Shown: piece by piece, positions 24,666 through 37,859 of the stretch
Numbering within the stretch: position 1 is the stretch's first letter
Layout: each line of letters begins with the position of its first letter
Assembly (NCBI GenBank): GCA_964270895.1
Contig: OZ185446.1
Origin: Podarcis filfolensis
Lineage: Eukaryota
Direction: 5' to 3' (one strand)
Length of the DNA stretch: 64,000 nt
The notes under the pieces: generated by a model
Told to the model about the DNA's origin: nothing
The model's database searches: none
What the model saw: only the letters and a program-made list of their open reading frames with translations
Made by a program: the position numbers and the translations under genes

Positions 24666-26262
24666 CTGAAGAGGAAAAGGGAGAGGGTAAAATGCTACTT
24701 GCAATTCCCCCCCCCCCCCGCCGCTGCTCCTGCCACATCTCATTTCGGTCCTACCTCAAAGCACACACTGTGCTGGGACAAGATGTACCAGTGACGTAAT
24801 TCAGTATAATGCAGGTTCATTTCTACATGCACAGATTACAGTGATCCTTGCCCATGCCATTACATGATCTTAGAGAATGGGCCAACTGACTCACATGCCA
24901 TAAGTAAAACCTGCTATTTTTATAGACCACTGCAAACTTCTTCTGTGGTTCTCAGCCAGACAGCCATCCCAACTGTCAGTTTCATTTATGTCAGGAGTAC
25001 TTATGTCCATCTTCTGGGTCACAATATAAGATACACCCTGTGTATGTATGCATGTTGTTAAGCTACTTGTGGGTTCCCTTGCAAAGTATAAAGAAAAAGA
25101 AGAACTGTCTTAAGTGGATTTTTTAAAAAAACAAACCAAAAAACTGTCCAATAGTAGAATAGTTTCAACAGATGAAGGAATACAATTCCAGTGGTTGACA
25201 TACAGTGACCTTAATCAGCAGAAGAGAAACACAACAGAACAGAATTCAGTTAATGAAAAGTAAATATATTTGTGGTTAAGTAGCTCACATTCCTTCAAGG
25301 GGTGGTTTTGGAAGAACTAGATTGAGGGAGCAAAGGTGTAGGAAAGGTTATTATTAGTGGAGTGTGGATTTAATGAGTGAAAGCTGGGGGAGCAGAGAAG
25401 GTGGGGAACCCTCTGCTAGATTAATGACTGGAATGTTGATGTCCCACATGCTTGTTGAGTTTCCATCTATGGTTTGGCTGGCCCTGAACATGGTAGTTCA
25501 GCATTGTCACCAATGCAATCATTGTCCTGGAGTACACATGATTTAAGACTGGTGCCAACCGTTCCTTATAGGGAGCTACAAAAGGCATGTTGAAAGTTCC
25601 TTGCGGGGCAAGTGCTGAGATGGAAATTCTCAGAATAATTCTGGCTGCATCCACAAAAAGCATGAGTGTACCACTTTGGATCATAGCCTAATAGAGTGAT
25701 TGATAGAAAGCTGATTAAGAAATCCTAGCCAAATAGGCATCTGATTTATTTGATGGGCTGCCCCAGTGTACCGAGCTGGATGTTCTGCCAAGTTCACAGA
25801 CATCCTGGAAAGTTATTACACACAAATGCCAGTGCAGACAGCTGAGGGACAAGTCAAGGGGATGGAAGTGGAGAATGGACCAGGGTGGGCCTATGCATGT
25901 CCTCTGGCGGGCCAACCAGATGCAAGGGGAGAAGGGGCTTCTGTATCTCCCCTGTTGTGTAGACTAAGGGATGTCTGCAAGTGGAGCATTTTCAGCCCCT
26001 CATGATGAGCTAAGCTTGCACAAGTTCTCTCTTCTTCATGCATATTAAGCATGTATTTTGCTACATTAATATTTGCCCTTCCTTCAGAGATCTCAAGGTG
26101 GTATACCTGCATCTTTCCTACATTTTATCCTCACAAGATGGGTGGGTTGGCCCAAGAGACACAGAGAGAAACTCAAGATCATCCAATGAGGTTGAATGGG
26201 GATTTGAGGACTCCCCAGTCCTCCTCTAACCCAGAGGTGGGGAGCCTTCTTCAGCTTGAGGG

Positions 26263-26683
26263 TGTCATGGGCCAGGAGTCAGTTTTGCCTGCTGAACAGC
26301 ACCCTGAAGACGGAGAAGGCAGAGTGACTCCATCTGCAGCTGATCAGCCTTCAAGGACTCAGAGGAGAAGGCGCTGATGAGAACCAGCTGGATTCAGCCT
26401 TCGTAAGCAGAGCTTCCAGCAGAAGTCAGATGCTGGTAGCAATGCTTGTAGTTCCTGGTCCTACCTTGCTGCTTCCTGCTCACCTTGATCCCATGATCAT
26501 CAGATTCCCAGATCCCTGGATCACCCAACCATGCAGATTGCTGTTCACCCAACCCTAGGACTGGACCTGACTTCGGATGCTGCCTCTGCCTCTAGGAAAG
26601 TACACTTCATAGACTCTTCTGGTTGGCTGGTCTCCCACTCCACTGAGCTCTGCTGGTTGTTGTTCAGCAATGAGACTACAACA
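26263..26683. mobile_element. Putative solo LTR (TGTCA...CAACA), a different family
   Basis: TG...CA ends, flanks GAGGG/GGGGG (5-bp TSD with one mismatch), GC-rich interior. Confidence 0.55.
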
Positions 26684-26696
26684 GGGGGCCCCATTC

Positions 26697-26741
<45 letters not shown>

Positions 26742-27140
26742 TTATTTATACCCCACCCATCTGGCTGAGTTTCCCCAGCCACTCTGGGTGGCTCCCAACA
26801 GAATATTAAAAGCACGATGAAACATCAAACATTTAAAATTTCCCTAAACAGGGCTGCCTTCAGATGCCTTCTAAATGTCAGATAGTTGTTTATTTCCTTG
26901 AAATCTGGTGGGAGGGCGTTCCCCAGGCTGGGTGCCACTACCGAGAAGGCTCTCTGCCTGGTTCCCTGCAACCTCCCTTCTCACAGTGAGGGAACCACCA
27001 GAAGGCCCTTGATGCTGACCTCAGTGTCTGGGCTGAACGATGGGGGAGGAGACACTCCTTCAGGCTAAAGGGCCAAAGCCATTTAGGGCTTTAAAGGTCA
27101 GCACCCACGCTTTGAATTGTGCTGAGAAACATACTTCTGG
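26697..27140 (-). mobile_element. L2 LINE 3' fragment with (TTA)n tail
   Basis: Collinear with 8997-9452 over about 400 bp. Confidence 0.9.
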
Positions 27141-27273
27141 GAAACCTTCCAAGGATCACCTAACAGCGGTGGGCAAAGCCAGAGGCAAAAGGGGATAGAG
27201 ATATGTTACCCTTGTGCAACAGGCGTTTGCGTGGACAGGCGGAGTCCCCAGATCCCGCGCGGTCCCCCCGTCA

Positions 27274-28094
27274 TGTGGAATAACGACTCAAGACAATGTG
27301 CTATGGGATTAAATTGGCCACAACTTTATTAAATTTCAAATGTGGGTAGACCTTGGCTTAGGCATTGGGCGTTCTCCCTCCCCAGTCCCCCGCCGGGGAC
27401 CTAGGGAGCATCAGGGTTATCCAGTGTGTGTGGGGGGGATGGGCCGGCTCTGGAGAACATATGTTCAAGCAGAGATAGCCGCCCCCGTAATGCCGCCGCC
27501 GCAGGGGAGAGCAATGACGACCTTTCGGCGTATGGTCAAAGCCTCCCTTCAGAAAACCCCTTTAACAGGGAACCCTGGTATCGCCGCCGCAAAGAGGAAG
27601 ATGGACAAAAGGATTCCGCCCAAGGCCTGATACCGCCAAAGTTGTGACGTTTTGCTACGGGAAAGGCGAAACCTGCCAATGCAGGGAAATTCCTTTCCGG
27701 CCCTTTAACAGAGACCTTAACATAGCAGCGCCCGCATACCTGTGAAGAAAAGTTAACCTGCAAAACCTGTGAAGAAAAGTTAACCTGCAAAATAAGACAT
27801 TAACTGAGGGTGGGTAGGGTGGGAGAAGCTCTGGAGCCAAGTGAGGATTCCCAGGTAAGATCCTCCCTCTATTGTGTGGGCAGGTAATCCCTCCCCTACC
27901 TGGCCTGGTCTCCTTGGCAATGCTTCCCCCAGGTGGGATTGGACAACTGACTGAGGTAGGCGGAGACCTCCAGGTATCCCACCTGAGGGAAGGCAAAGCC
28001 AAGCCTATGCTGATGGAGCCGCTCCAGATCTAGGGGCTGCACGCGTCCACGCAAAGGGCGCCCCCCATTTTAAGCAGGGAGCGGTCATTCTACA
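27274..28094 (-). mobile_element. CpG-rich LTR-like or tyrosine-recombinase retroelement terminal segment
   Basis: Inverted ends TGTGGAAT/ATTCTACA, minus-strand AATAAA at 27325-27330, and a perfect internal 27-bp tandem duplication at 27739-27792. No TSD found, so the boundaries are uncertain. Confidence 0.5.
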
Positions 28095-29525
28095 CAAGCT
28101 CACACACCTTTCTCTGTCTTCTATCCATAACAAGCAAGAGCCATTATCAGAGTTTGAGGGCAAAAACACTTTGGGTTGTGAAGCAGGGCCAGTAAGAGGA
28201 GAAGCAGGGCCAGTAAGAGGGCCAAATGGGGAGGCCTGGAGGTTGCCTACCCCTGATCTAAAAACTGCAGCACACTGATTCCGCTAACAATTCAGAAGTC
28301 CTGTCTTCTTTGCATCTGATCATCCTATTCCTCCAAGCAATGGACTGTCACCACGGCAGGGAATTTCTCTAATCATCTCTGCCCTCATGTTAGGGTTCTT
28401 CACCCTTCCAATATGCCCATTTTCGTCGCCTCCTCGCTTTTCTGCATTGGCCGTACTTTGGAGAACATTTTCCACTAATTATCAGCCTGCTTATCAGGTA
28501 CACAAGATATGAAAAAAATGATAATATTCTGAAGACAACATTAATTGTCAAGGAAACTGAGACTATTAATAGCATGACTTGCTGTTCACAAAGGAAGACT
28601 GATAGCTAGAAATACAATATAAGGTTCCCGGTTAATTCATTTAGCAGAAAAAGTGTTGAAAGATCATCGCAATGCCACCCCAAGCATGTATTAGAAATTT
28701 AGTATGGTATAGTGTGAAATTTATACTTGTCCTGTTTGCAGAGGGAACACAACTAATAGAGGGCAAAAACAAAAGTAGATGACCAGGAATAAGTAATTGC
28801 AGCCAATTTATTACTTTCCTAATTGTTTTCATTAGTTTTGTCAATATTACTCACAAACGTATATGGGAGACTGGCTGCAAATATTTGTCAGAGGCTCTGC
28901 TGTAATTATGCCTTTATTAATGATGGTGATGATGATTGGGGGAACTCTGAATCGATGGTTTTATAGCATCATTAATCCTTTTCTGATTTTATTACATTTG
29001 CTGTTTTGTCATGAATAAGATGTCACATTGATCCTGAAGCAAACACTTTACTAGACCATACATGAAAGAAGTGTGCACACAAATGAAACAAGCACCTTAT
29101 GTGATTCTAGCTGCTGAACTGTGGATGTAACGTAACATGGATGTAACACACTGGCTCCTGAGAGCTGAAATGCCACAGTGAATCGTAAAGGATGTCATCT
29201 GTTCACTCGCTAGTGGAATGCATTTGTGAGCATGAAATATTTAGAATATACCTTGAAGCAAGTAGTGCTTTTCTTCTCCAGCCTCCCTCCTTCTCCTGGA
29301 TCTGGGGAGATGCTAAAAGCCAATGTGAGTGAAACAGCTTTACAGCACAAATGAACTCCCGTGGGTCATGCAAGAGTCAGTGTGGTATATGTGTGTTATG
29401 TAGTGTGGCCACAACAGGACCAAGGAGGCCTGTGTTCAAATCCTCCCTCAGCTACGTAGTATCATATTGGTCTACTTCATGCCAATTGCTCTCTTGACCC
29501 AACCAACCTCACAGAATGGTAAATA

Positions 29526-29732
29526 CAGTGGACACTTGGGTTGCGAAAGTGATCTGTGCGGGAAGCACGTTTGCAACCCGCAGCGTCCGCAACCAGTAGC
29601 GGCAATTCGGCACTTCTGCGCATGTGCAAGAACTGAAACCCAGAAGTAACCCGTTCCGGTACTTCCAGGTTCGGCGTGGTGTGCAACCCGAAATCACACA
29701 ACTCGAAGCACCTGTACCCCGAGGTATGACTG
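29526..29732. mobile_element. Tc1/mariner (Tigger-like) MITE inside an older MIR-like SINE
   Basis: TA-CAGTGGACAC...GAGGTATGACTG-TA. MIR-like sequence at about 29370-29520. Confidence 0.75.
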
Positions 29733-29944
29733 TAAATGGATAAAATGGAGGGAAGGACCATGTACACCATCTTAAACTTCTGGGGTTGGTGGTGGTGGTG
29801 GTGGTGGGGAGGTGTGATTAGTGTAAAAAGTAACTAACCCCACAATCCAATAGAGCAGGAACGTGAAAGTCCCACTGATTTCAGTTGGAGTTAAGTGTGC
29901 ATCAAAATGTGGTTGCTATCTTCATGATCATAAGTTGGGTGCTG

Positions 29945-30222
29945 AAAGTCGCATGCTTGTGTTCTGCTGCTCCAGAGGATATGACTCGAACCAACGGATT
30001 AAAATTACAAGAAAGAAAAATTCCAACTAAACATGAGGAAGACCTTTATGATGGCAAGAGCTATTTGGCAGTGGAATGGACTCAGAAGGCTCTCCTTCAC
30101 TGGTGGTTTTTAACAGAGGTTGGATCTGATGGGGATTCTTTAATTGTGATTTCTGCATTGCAGCAGGTTGCAATAGGTGATCCATGCGGTCCCTCCCCAC
30201 TCTACAAATCTATGATTCTATG
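29945..30222 (+). mobile_element. CR1 LINE 3' fragment
   Basis: RT C-terminal remnant 'TRTNGLKLQERK' followed by the CR1 3' end 'ggtccctccccactctacaaatctatgattctat'. Confidence 0.82.
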
Positions 30223-31250
30223 GAACCTTGAGCTATATTAAAAGATCCTCCTTTTTCTATAGGGCCGGTGTCCAAATGCTTCTGGTGTAGTTTTCCAAAC
30301 TTAAAAATAGATTATATTCTTAAAAAAAACAAACTGGAGGGTGGGGGGGAATACAATAGTTTTCATGAAAGTTGGTGCATTTCTGAACTTGACACTCCAC
30401 ACTCATAGGTTTGGGCTTTGCTGCTTAGCTATATATACTTCCAAACACCAACTCTTCTTTCAAGAGGCTACTGAGAAGAACTCATGGATGAAAGTAGACG
30501 GGGTGATTAAACATGCATTAAAACACAATTGAAGCTATCCAGAAGCAAACTACAAACTAAGTGTACTAATATGGAAACCATTAAGTAGTTTATTAGAGAC
30601 TGCCAGCTTTGTGCTTTGCTCATCTAAGAATCACATCTAGTGTTTGCTTATCTCATTGTAGCCTAAATCTACTTTATTTCACCTAGGCTCAGAGCAGCTG
30701 TTCTTAATTTAGTCTTCTATAGTCATCCATCAATATCCGTTTAAAGAACAGTATCAAACTCATTATCTTTTACTTCTTCAGTAAATTGTTAGAGCTATAT
30801 TTTCAGATAATTTTTTCTGCTAGAGATGAACATGGGGAACATATACGGAGATGAGCAGTGTCCCTGTTGTGAATGTTTTTGTTTTACTCCAATTCAAGAT
30901 TTATTATTTTTGTTTAGTTTTCTTCGTATTTGTGTTCTGAGGAATCCATACAGATGATTAACCACTAACTGGACTGTTGCTGTCTGACAACTGTGAATAG
31001 GTTATGCTATCACTATCTTCTAAAGCATTACTCAATTAGAGTCTGTGATTTGCTGAAATAGTCTCCTGAATGGGAAATTCACTTGCATGGGTACGATTTG
31101 TGATGAGCACTCGGGAAGCTGTGTGTGAGAAGCAGCTTTATATAATATATATGGAACTGTTGTGTTCTGGTCAGATGTTGGAGGCCATGCTGGAGGCAAG
31201 GCTGGAGTGGAGGCAGAGCTAGTAGAAGGTTGCTGGAAACTAACAGCTAG

Positions 31251-31621
31251 AAGAAGTCCCAGCAAAAGAAGAATGTATGCAAAAACTTATGGAATATGCA
31301 GAAATGGCAAAACTTACCGGAAAAATAAGAAAGCAAGATAACAAACTTTTTATAAAAGAATGGAAATGGTTTATTGAATATTTACAAACAAACTGTAAAC
31401 AGATAAGAACATTGGCAGGATTATTGTAATAACCTGCAGTTGTGTAGAAGTAGATGAATAAATGAACAAATTAAGTTAATTTGGATATGCAGAAAATATT
31501 AAAAATTTAAGGAACGGCAGAAAGAAGGGGAAGGAAGTCAAGTTTTGAAATGTTAAAATGGCTGTAAAATTATTGAAATGTATAAAACTGAAAATCATAA
31601 ATAAAATATGTAAAAAATAAA
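31251..31621 (+). mobile_element. 5'-truncated L1-clade LINE with 15-bp TSD
   Basis: Encodes 'KLMEYAEMAKLTGKIRKQDNKLFIKEWKWFIEYL' and has an A-rich tail. TSD gaaactaacagctag/gaaattaacagctag at 31236-31250 and 31622-31636. Confidence 0.82.
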
Positions 31622-32932
31622 GAAATTAACAGCTAGGGAAACGTCAGGAAAATGGAATAAACTGCTGTGCGAATGCAGCCATATTCTAACTTCCATGGAA
31701 GCTTTGTGCAAGCAAATCAGATTGAATGCTCAATAAATACATCATCTGGAGGGTTCCTAAAACTCTTCCACCCCTTGACTGTGTGCTGATTTCCCTGGAG
31801 CCCTCCACAGGCATTAGGCTTCCCTGCAATTACCATTTTTGGAGGGAAGAGGGTGTGAGAATGTGCTCTCCGAAATTACACCCTTCCCATTGCTTGGTCC
31901 TGTAACCCTCCATGCTCTGGAGGAGGAGGACTGCACTAGGGAGCCTGATGTACTCAAATAAATTTACCGCCTGGTTTAGAACCCTGCATGATCAGGGTTC
32001 TAGATTGCCTATGGAAGCCTATGCATGTAGAGAAGTCTTCCCCCCCACATATCTTTGGTGTGGGTAATGGAGTTGAACACTGGGAATGCAACAGAAGGGA
32101 TGGAGCAAGCAGCCATGGCCCCCATTCTCCCTCAAATGCATTTAGCACTGGACATTTGAATAGGGGTTAGGTAATTCAACCATTAGCCCTAGCCGGTGAG
32201 GTAGTGTTCAGCAGGCCTCTAGGGAACTGTGAAGGATGAACACCAGCTATTCCAGCTCATTTTCTTGGCTGCTCATAACACACAGGCATCCGTCCTGAAA
32301 GTCAGTGTGACACTGAGAAAGCGCAGCACTTACAATCACTTAACGCTGGGTGTGAATTTAAAGAACAAGACTCTTGTCAGGCAGCATAAATTATTTCATT
32401 CACCACAACAAGCTATTATGGAAGTCGTTTTTTTGGCCTGGATCAACACGTAAAAATTAAATATGCCAGAGCTTTTAGCAGGAAGATGGAGTGTGTGAGA
32501 CAACCACGCTGATGCTTTCATGTGACCTCAGCTAGAAATGACTGACTTACAGACTGGAAAATGGAGAAGTCCAAATAATGTAGTTTCTGTTATATAAGAC
32601 TTGAACCTCAAGTCAATATAAGAAAACTGCTGTCGGCTGACTTTCCTTCATTGTGTCCAAGGGGTGAATATTCCAGAGCTGAACTGAAATTTCTCAGAAA
32701 ATGTTCTGTTAATATTTTTGACCATTTCCTTCCTTCCTTGTGTTTTTCAGTTTCCCTATCCTAGAGAATATTTAGCAAAATAGCTTGTCTAACTTCCCTG
32801 TCCAAAAATATGTTGAAGAAATTTAAGCGCAACTGTGGATCTATTGTTAGTAAAATTGAAATTAAATGTCTTCAAATCACAACATAAATAAAAGCATATC
32901 TCTTTATACCTCCCCAATGCACATCAATGCAC

Positions 32933-33248
32933 AATGGAGATCAAACCTCTCCATTCTTAAGGAAATCAGCCCTGAGTGCTCACTGGAAGGACAGATCCGG
33001 AAGCTCCAACACTTTGGCCACCTCATGAGAAGAGAAGACTCCCTGGAAAAGACCCTGATGTTGGGAAAGATGGAGGGCACAAGGAGAAGGGGACAACAGA
33101 GGACAAGATGGTTGGACAGTGTTCTCGAAGCAACCAGCATGAATTTGACCAAACTGCGGGAGGCAGTGGAAGACAGAAGTGCCTGGCGTGCTCTGGTCCA
33201 TGGGGTCACGAAGAGTCGGACACGACGAAACGACTCAACAACAACAAT
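32933..33248 (+). mobile_element. Bov-B (RTE) LINE 3' fragment with (CAA)n tail and 10-bp TSD
   Basis: Peptide 'ILKEISPECSLEGQIRKLQHFGHLMRREDSLEKTLMLGKMEGTRRRGQQRTRWLD...AWRALVHGVTKSRTR' is the Bov-B ORF C-terminus. TSD aatgcacatc at 32916-32925 and 33249-33258. Confidence 0.96.
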
Positions 33249-35134
33249 AATGCACATCCATGAACATTTATTCTATAATCAACCCAATGAAACGATCAAC
33301 CCAACAAATATAATCATGAGCCCACTTTTAACAACAATCACTCAAATTATCAAGGAAGGGGGAAATGGTGAGGAGAAGAGGAAGGATGAAAAGGAAAACA
33401 CATTATGTTATTATTTTAATATAGTTTTATTTTATTTTATCAGTAAACAAAATATACCAAAGATAAAGAATATAAAGAAATACTGTTACAGAAAGCAGTA
33501 TAAGACTGGGCATTATCATTGAACTTGTTGTTCCAAAACACTACAAAAAAATACCAACTTTTCCATAAAATTGATGGGCTGGTATGTATGTAATAATATA
33601 ATAATTTAATATTTTTGAATTAAACAATGGCTTTGGCTACTCCTTCCAGTTCCCCTCTCTTAGACATTTCATTCTTCCTCCACAGTGAACTAACAGCAGA
33701 GTTCCACTGTTCTAGGACAAAATTTTTGTGTGAGCTCCCAAACAGCTCTTTAGATCCAGCAAGTAAAAGAACTAACTTAAATGAAGTAACACTGATATAT
33801 TGCCTTAATGCCACATGAATAAAAAACATCTATTGGCATTCTTGGCAAATATGTCATTGATTTTAAGGCCTCTAATCATGCGGTACTTGTGCCTCTGGCC
33901 TTTAAAACATCCACCACTTTTATTACTGATGAAACAAAGGATGATTTAGAGTTTTGGTGCCTGTGTTTACTCTATAATATGCAGGGGAGGAAATTCCTGT
34001 CTGTAACTTCTACAACTGAGCCCTGCCTCCTCTCTGTGTTGGGAATATTAGAAACCCAATATGAATCAAGTCAAACTCACTTTTCTATTGCAACTCGAAA
34101 GTATCATGTCTTAGATAGCCGTTCTTGATATGAAGACACAGCAAAGAGGTATTTGATTTAGAGACCTGAAGGAAGCTCTGTTTGAATAACAATGACTTCT
34201 TTTCTGGCACAATCAATAACAATTTTTTGAAGATTATGGTTCTGTAGTGAGAAAATACAAAAGAATGCTCCAATAAAGAACGAACCCAGCAGTTCCCCAT
34301 AATTGATCTCTTCACCTCTGCATGGGAGTTCATCTAAATGATTGCAAATGTATGCCATTTTAATTAATGCCTTTACGAGAATTCTTCAAGGTTAATGCCG
34401 CAAAGCAAGCAAACTGCTGAAAACCCAATCCATAAAATAAGATAACCGAGATACATCGATAAATAAATAAATAGATAGTTTGTACTGTGCAATTTTATGC
34501 ATTTTTCTTGTAAACCACTTGGATGTTTTTAATGAAACAGCAATATATAAGTATCATTTAATAAATAAGTAAATAAAAATACAAGGACTTTCGCAAGCTC
34601 AACTGGTCCTGCGCCAGGGCCCCTGTTCTTCAGATGGCAAAGATAGCGAGATTTCCCCCTTCTCTGATGTGTATGCTTCAGCGCATGAATTTACTGCTTT
34701 CAAGAATGAAAGGAAATGCATGTAGGAATGCGCAGAAGTTGTTGCTTGATTAATTTTTTGTTTCTGATTTGTTTTGACAGCTGATAAGCAGAAGATTATT
34801 TGTTAGCTCTAATATTGCTACCATAAGAACATGCTGGGAATAGTTGTAGCTCTGCAGCAGCAGGAGCATTTTTGCTTGCTGGGGATTTTATTTGCTTTCT
34901 TCTCGTTGTTTTTAATCTTCCTTTTATATTATTCTACCCGGCCCTGTGGCATTTCCCTCCCACCCTCAATATCCTTGGAATGCCAGAGAGAGTTTGAAGC
35001 TGTAATAAGAACCTAAGAAACTCCTGCTGGATTAAGCCAATGGCCAATCTAATCCAACCTCTTCTTCTCTCAGGGGCCAGACAGATCCCTGTAGGGATTC
35101 CATGCATTTAGTCAATCGATTTCAACTGTTGATA

Positions 35135-35136
<2 letters not shown>

Positions 35137-35190
<54 letters not shown>

Positions 35191-35208
35191 TTATGTATGT
35201 GTATGTAT
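35137..35208. repeat. Compound (CT)n(GT)n(TATG)n microsatellite
   Basis: Read directly. (TATG)n resumes at 35455-35482. Confidence 0.95.
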
Positions 35209-35454
35209 GTACCTCAGGTTACATATGCTTCATATGCTTCAGGTTACATACGCTTCAGGTTAAAGACTCTGCTAACCCAGAAATAGTGCTTCAGGTTAAG
35301 AACTTTGCTTCAGGATGAGAACAGAAATCGTGCTCTGTTGACGCAGCAGCAGCGGAAGGCCCCATTAGCTAAAATGGTGCTTCAGGTTAAGAACAGTTTC
35401 AGGTTAATTACGGATCTCCGGAACGAATTAAGTACTTAACCTGAGGTACCACTG
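35209..35454. mobile_element. Tc1/mariner MITE, family A, inserted in (TATG)n
   Basis: Collinear with 5377-5618. Left TIR eroded, right TIR gaggtaccactg intact. Confidence 0.9.
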
Positions 35455-36493
35455 TATGTATGTATGTATGTATGTATGTATGAAAGTATGAAATCATCAG
35501 TGCACAAGGTAAAATAAGACATGAAAAGAAAAGAGAGAAGAAATAATGGCCATATAATATATTTACATGTACATATACATGTCATGAAATTCTACTCAAT
35601 ATTGATCCAGAGCAGAACTCTGACGTATAGTTAGCAGAGTAAAAACTTAAATGCGTTGCAGGATTCCCCCCCAAAATAGACCAGAGGCAATTATATTTCA
35701 CCCAGCAGAGCTTTACTGCTACTGAAGGCAAATGAGCATAATGGTCACAAATCCAATACATTCAGGATTGGCACAATACATAAGAAATCCAGTTGCAGCA
35801 CACTTAACCTAAATTTACAGTAACTTATTATAAGACTAAACCTTAATACTATGGACAGAACACCACACCAGATGGAAAGAAAGAAAGAAATAAAGAAAGA
35901 GAAAGTGAAACCCAGGCTCCTTCTGGCCTCTTATTATAGTCAGCATGACCTTGGCAGAAGACAGAACAGAACCAGTTTAAGCCAGCTGTACTCAGCTTCT
36001 CTGAAGGAATAACCCAAACATCATGAACCTTCTGCTTGCTTCTTTCACACAGAACCCTCTTAAATTAATTAGAATAGGAAAGATCTCTACACATCAGATC
36101 AATAATTTCTGCACTAAGAAATGCAAACAGACAATACGCACACACATTATATGATTGTTATTGTAGATGACCTAAACTTAACCTAATACTGTAAAGTGTT
36201 TATAAAAATGAATTCCAAATATCATTCAATTTGTCTACATTTGTACACGACTTGTTCATGTGCTGCGAGTTTATACCTAGCTTCTGTGCATTCATCGAGG
36301 GAGCCACATTTGATACCATGTTTTGAGCTTGCATTGTCAACTCCTGAACCTGAACTTCCACATCTGGGATGTAACGATGGTGTGACCTTTTTGTTTCAAC
36401 TATTATTACTCATCTCCCTTCAGAAAGGAAACACCTATAATTTTGTCCTGGGTGTGGATTGCTTGTTGAGTTGGATGTGAAGAATGCACAGTA

Positions 36494-37859
36494 ACATATA
36501 AAATGTTATTAAAGGGAAAAAATAACAAATTGAGATTAAAGGATTTTGAGGATATTCGTATATGTCTGTCGGATTGGCTCCAATATGTCCAACTTAATGA
36601 AAGATTAAGTAAAGACAAACAAAAAGGGTCCACCGGAGAAATATCAAAACTAGAGGAAAATTTAATCCAGCCGAAGGGGAAATATCTATCTAAGATGTAT
36701 TATCTCCTCCTTGACCGGGAAGTCAAGGAAGTAGAGGTAAAATCGATTATGGTCCATTGGGCCCAGGATTTTGGACATAATATCTATATAAATGAATGGG
36801 AAAGGCTCTGGAGAGAAGATATAAAGTTCACCGCATGTTATAACTTGAAAGAAAATGTGATGAAAATGTTTTACTGATTGTATCTGACCCCGGCCAAACT
36901 GGCCAAGATGTAAAAAAAACACACCCCCAAACATTTGCTGGAGATGCAAAAAAGGGGTAGGTACTTTCATGCACATGTGGTGAGACTATGTGAAGATACG
37001 AGAATTCTGGGACATAATATATAACAAACTCAAAAAGCTCTTTAAAATCTCAAAAAGATCTTTCAAAAAACAACCCAGAAGCCTTTCTGCTAGGCATTAT
37101 GTCCATCAAAATACAAAAAAAACTTTAGAACCTTTATGTACACAACCACAGTGGCTAGAATTTTAACAGCAAAAAACTGGAAAGGTGACTCGATCCCCAC
37201 AAAAAATGACTGGCAAACGAAGATGATAGAATATTTAGAACTTGCAAAAATGCCTGGGAGAATAAGAGGAAACTCAAATCAGAAAGTGAGTAAAGATTGG
37301 ACAATATTTAAATAATATCTAAAAAATTACTGAGACAACGCAAATCTCCTGACAGATCTAGACTGAATTTTGAATATCAAGGAAATTATAAAAGCAAAAA
37401 TCTCTCTTGATATGTAACAGGGGGGGAAACCAAAGAAGTGCATATAGACCAATAATGTGTAAAAAGTACAATGAGGTGCATCGGAAGTCAAAAGTGTGTG
37501 TGATGTTAAATGATATGTTGTTAGTTAGTGTCTAGTTGTTATGTGGGTATGGTAATGGTCTGTTTGTGTTGTTTTTTTATGTAAATTGTTTTGCAATAAA
37601 GGTACAGTGGACCCTCTGGATAAAAACTTAATTCGTTCCGGGGATCCGTACGAACCGCGAAAAGTCTGCAACATGAGGCGCTGCTTCTGTGCATGTGCGT
37701 GGCGCGATAGAGTGCTTCTGCGCATGACTGAAGAGCACAGAGTGCTTCTGTGCATGCGCATGCAGCGAAACCTAGAAGTATACAACCTGAAAGTTACATT
37801 ACCTAAAGATAATGTAACCCAAGGGTCCACTGTGTGTGTGTGTGTGTGTGTGTGTGTAT
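36494..37859 (+). mobile_element. 5'-truncated L1-clade LINE (ORF2 C-terminus, frameshifted) with nested MITE and 12-bp TSD
   Basis: ORF 36503-36877 '...WAQDFGHNIYINEWERLW...TACYNLKENVMKMFY' continues as a disrupted frame. AATAAA at 37595. TSD gaatgcacagta at 36482-36493 and 37860-37871. Confidence 0.85.
37605..37832. mobile_element. Tc1/mariner (Tigger-like) MITE nested in the L1 tail
   Basis: TIRs CAGTGGACCCT / AGGGTCCACTG, preceded by TA and followed by (TG)n. Confidence 0.85.

Noticed and set aside
20490-25480. Shared motif 'atgagtgaa...gggggagcaga' near 20495 and 25375
   Set aside because: The match is too short and degenerate to define. It is probably an old dispersed repeat.
27739-27792. 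CRISPR-like direct repeats (also 28180-28220, 53682-53716, 59728-59920)
   Set aside because: These are two-unit tandem duplications without spacers, in eukaryotic DNA.
32866-33522. 218-aa ORF as a cellular gene
   Set aside because: Its centre is the Bov-B ORF C-terminus bounded by a TSD. The remainder is AT-rich flank read through by chance.
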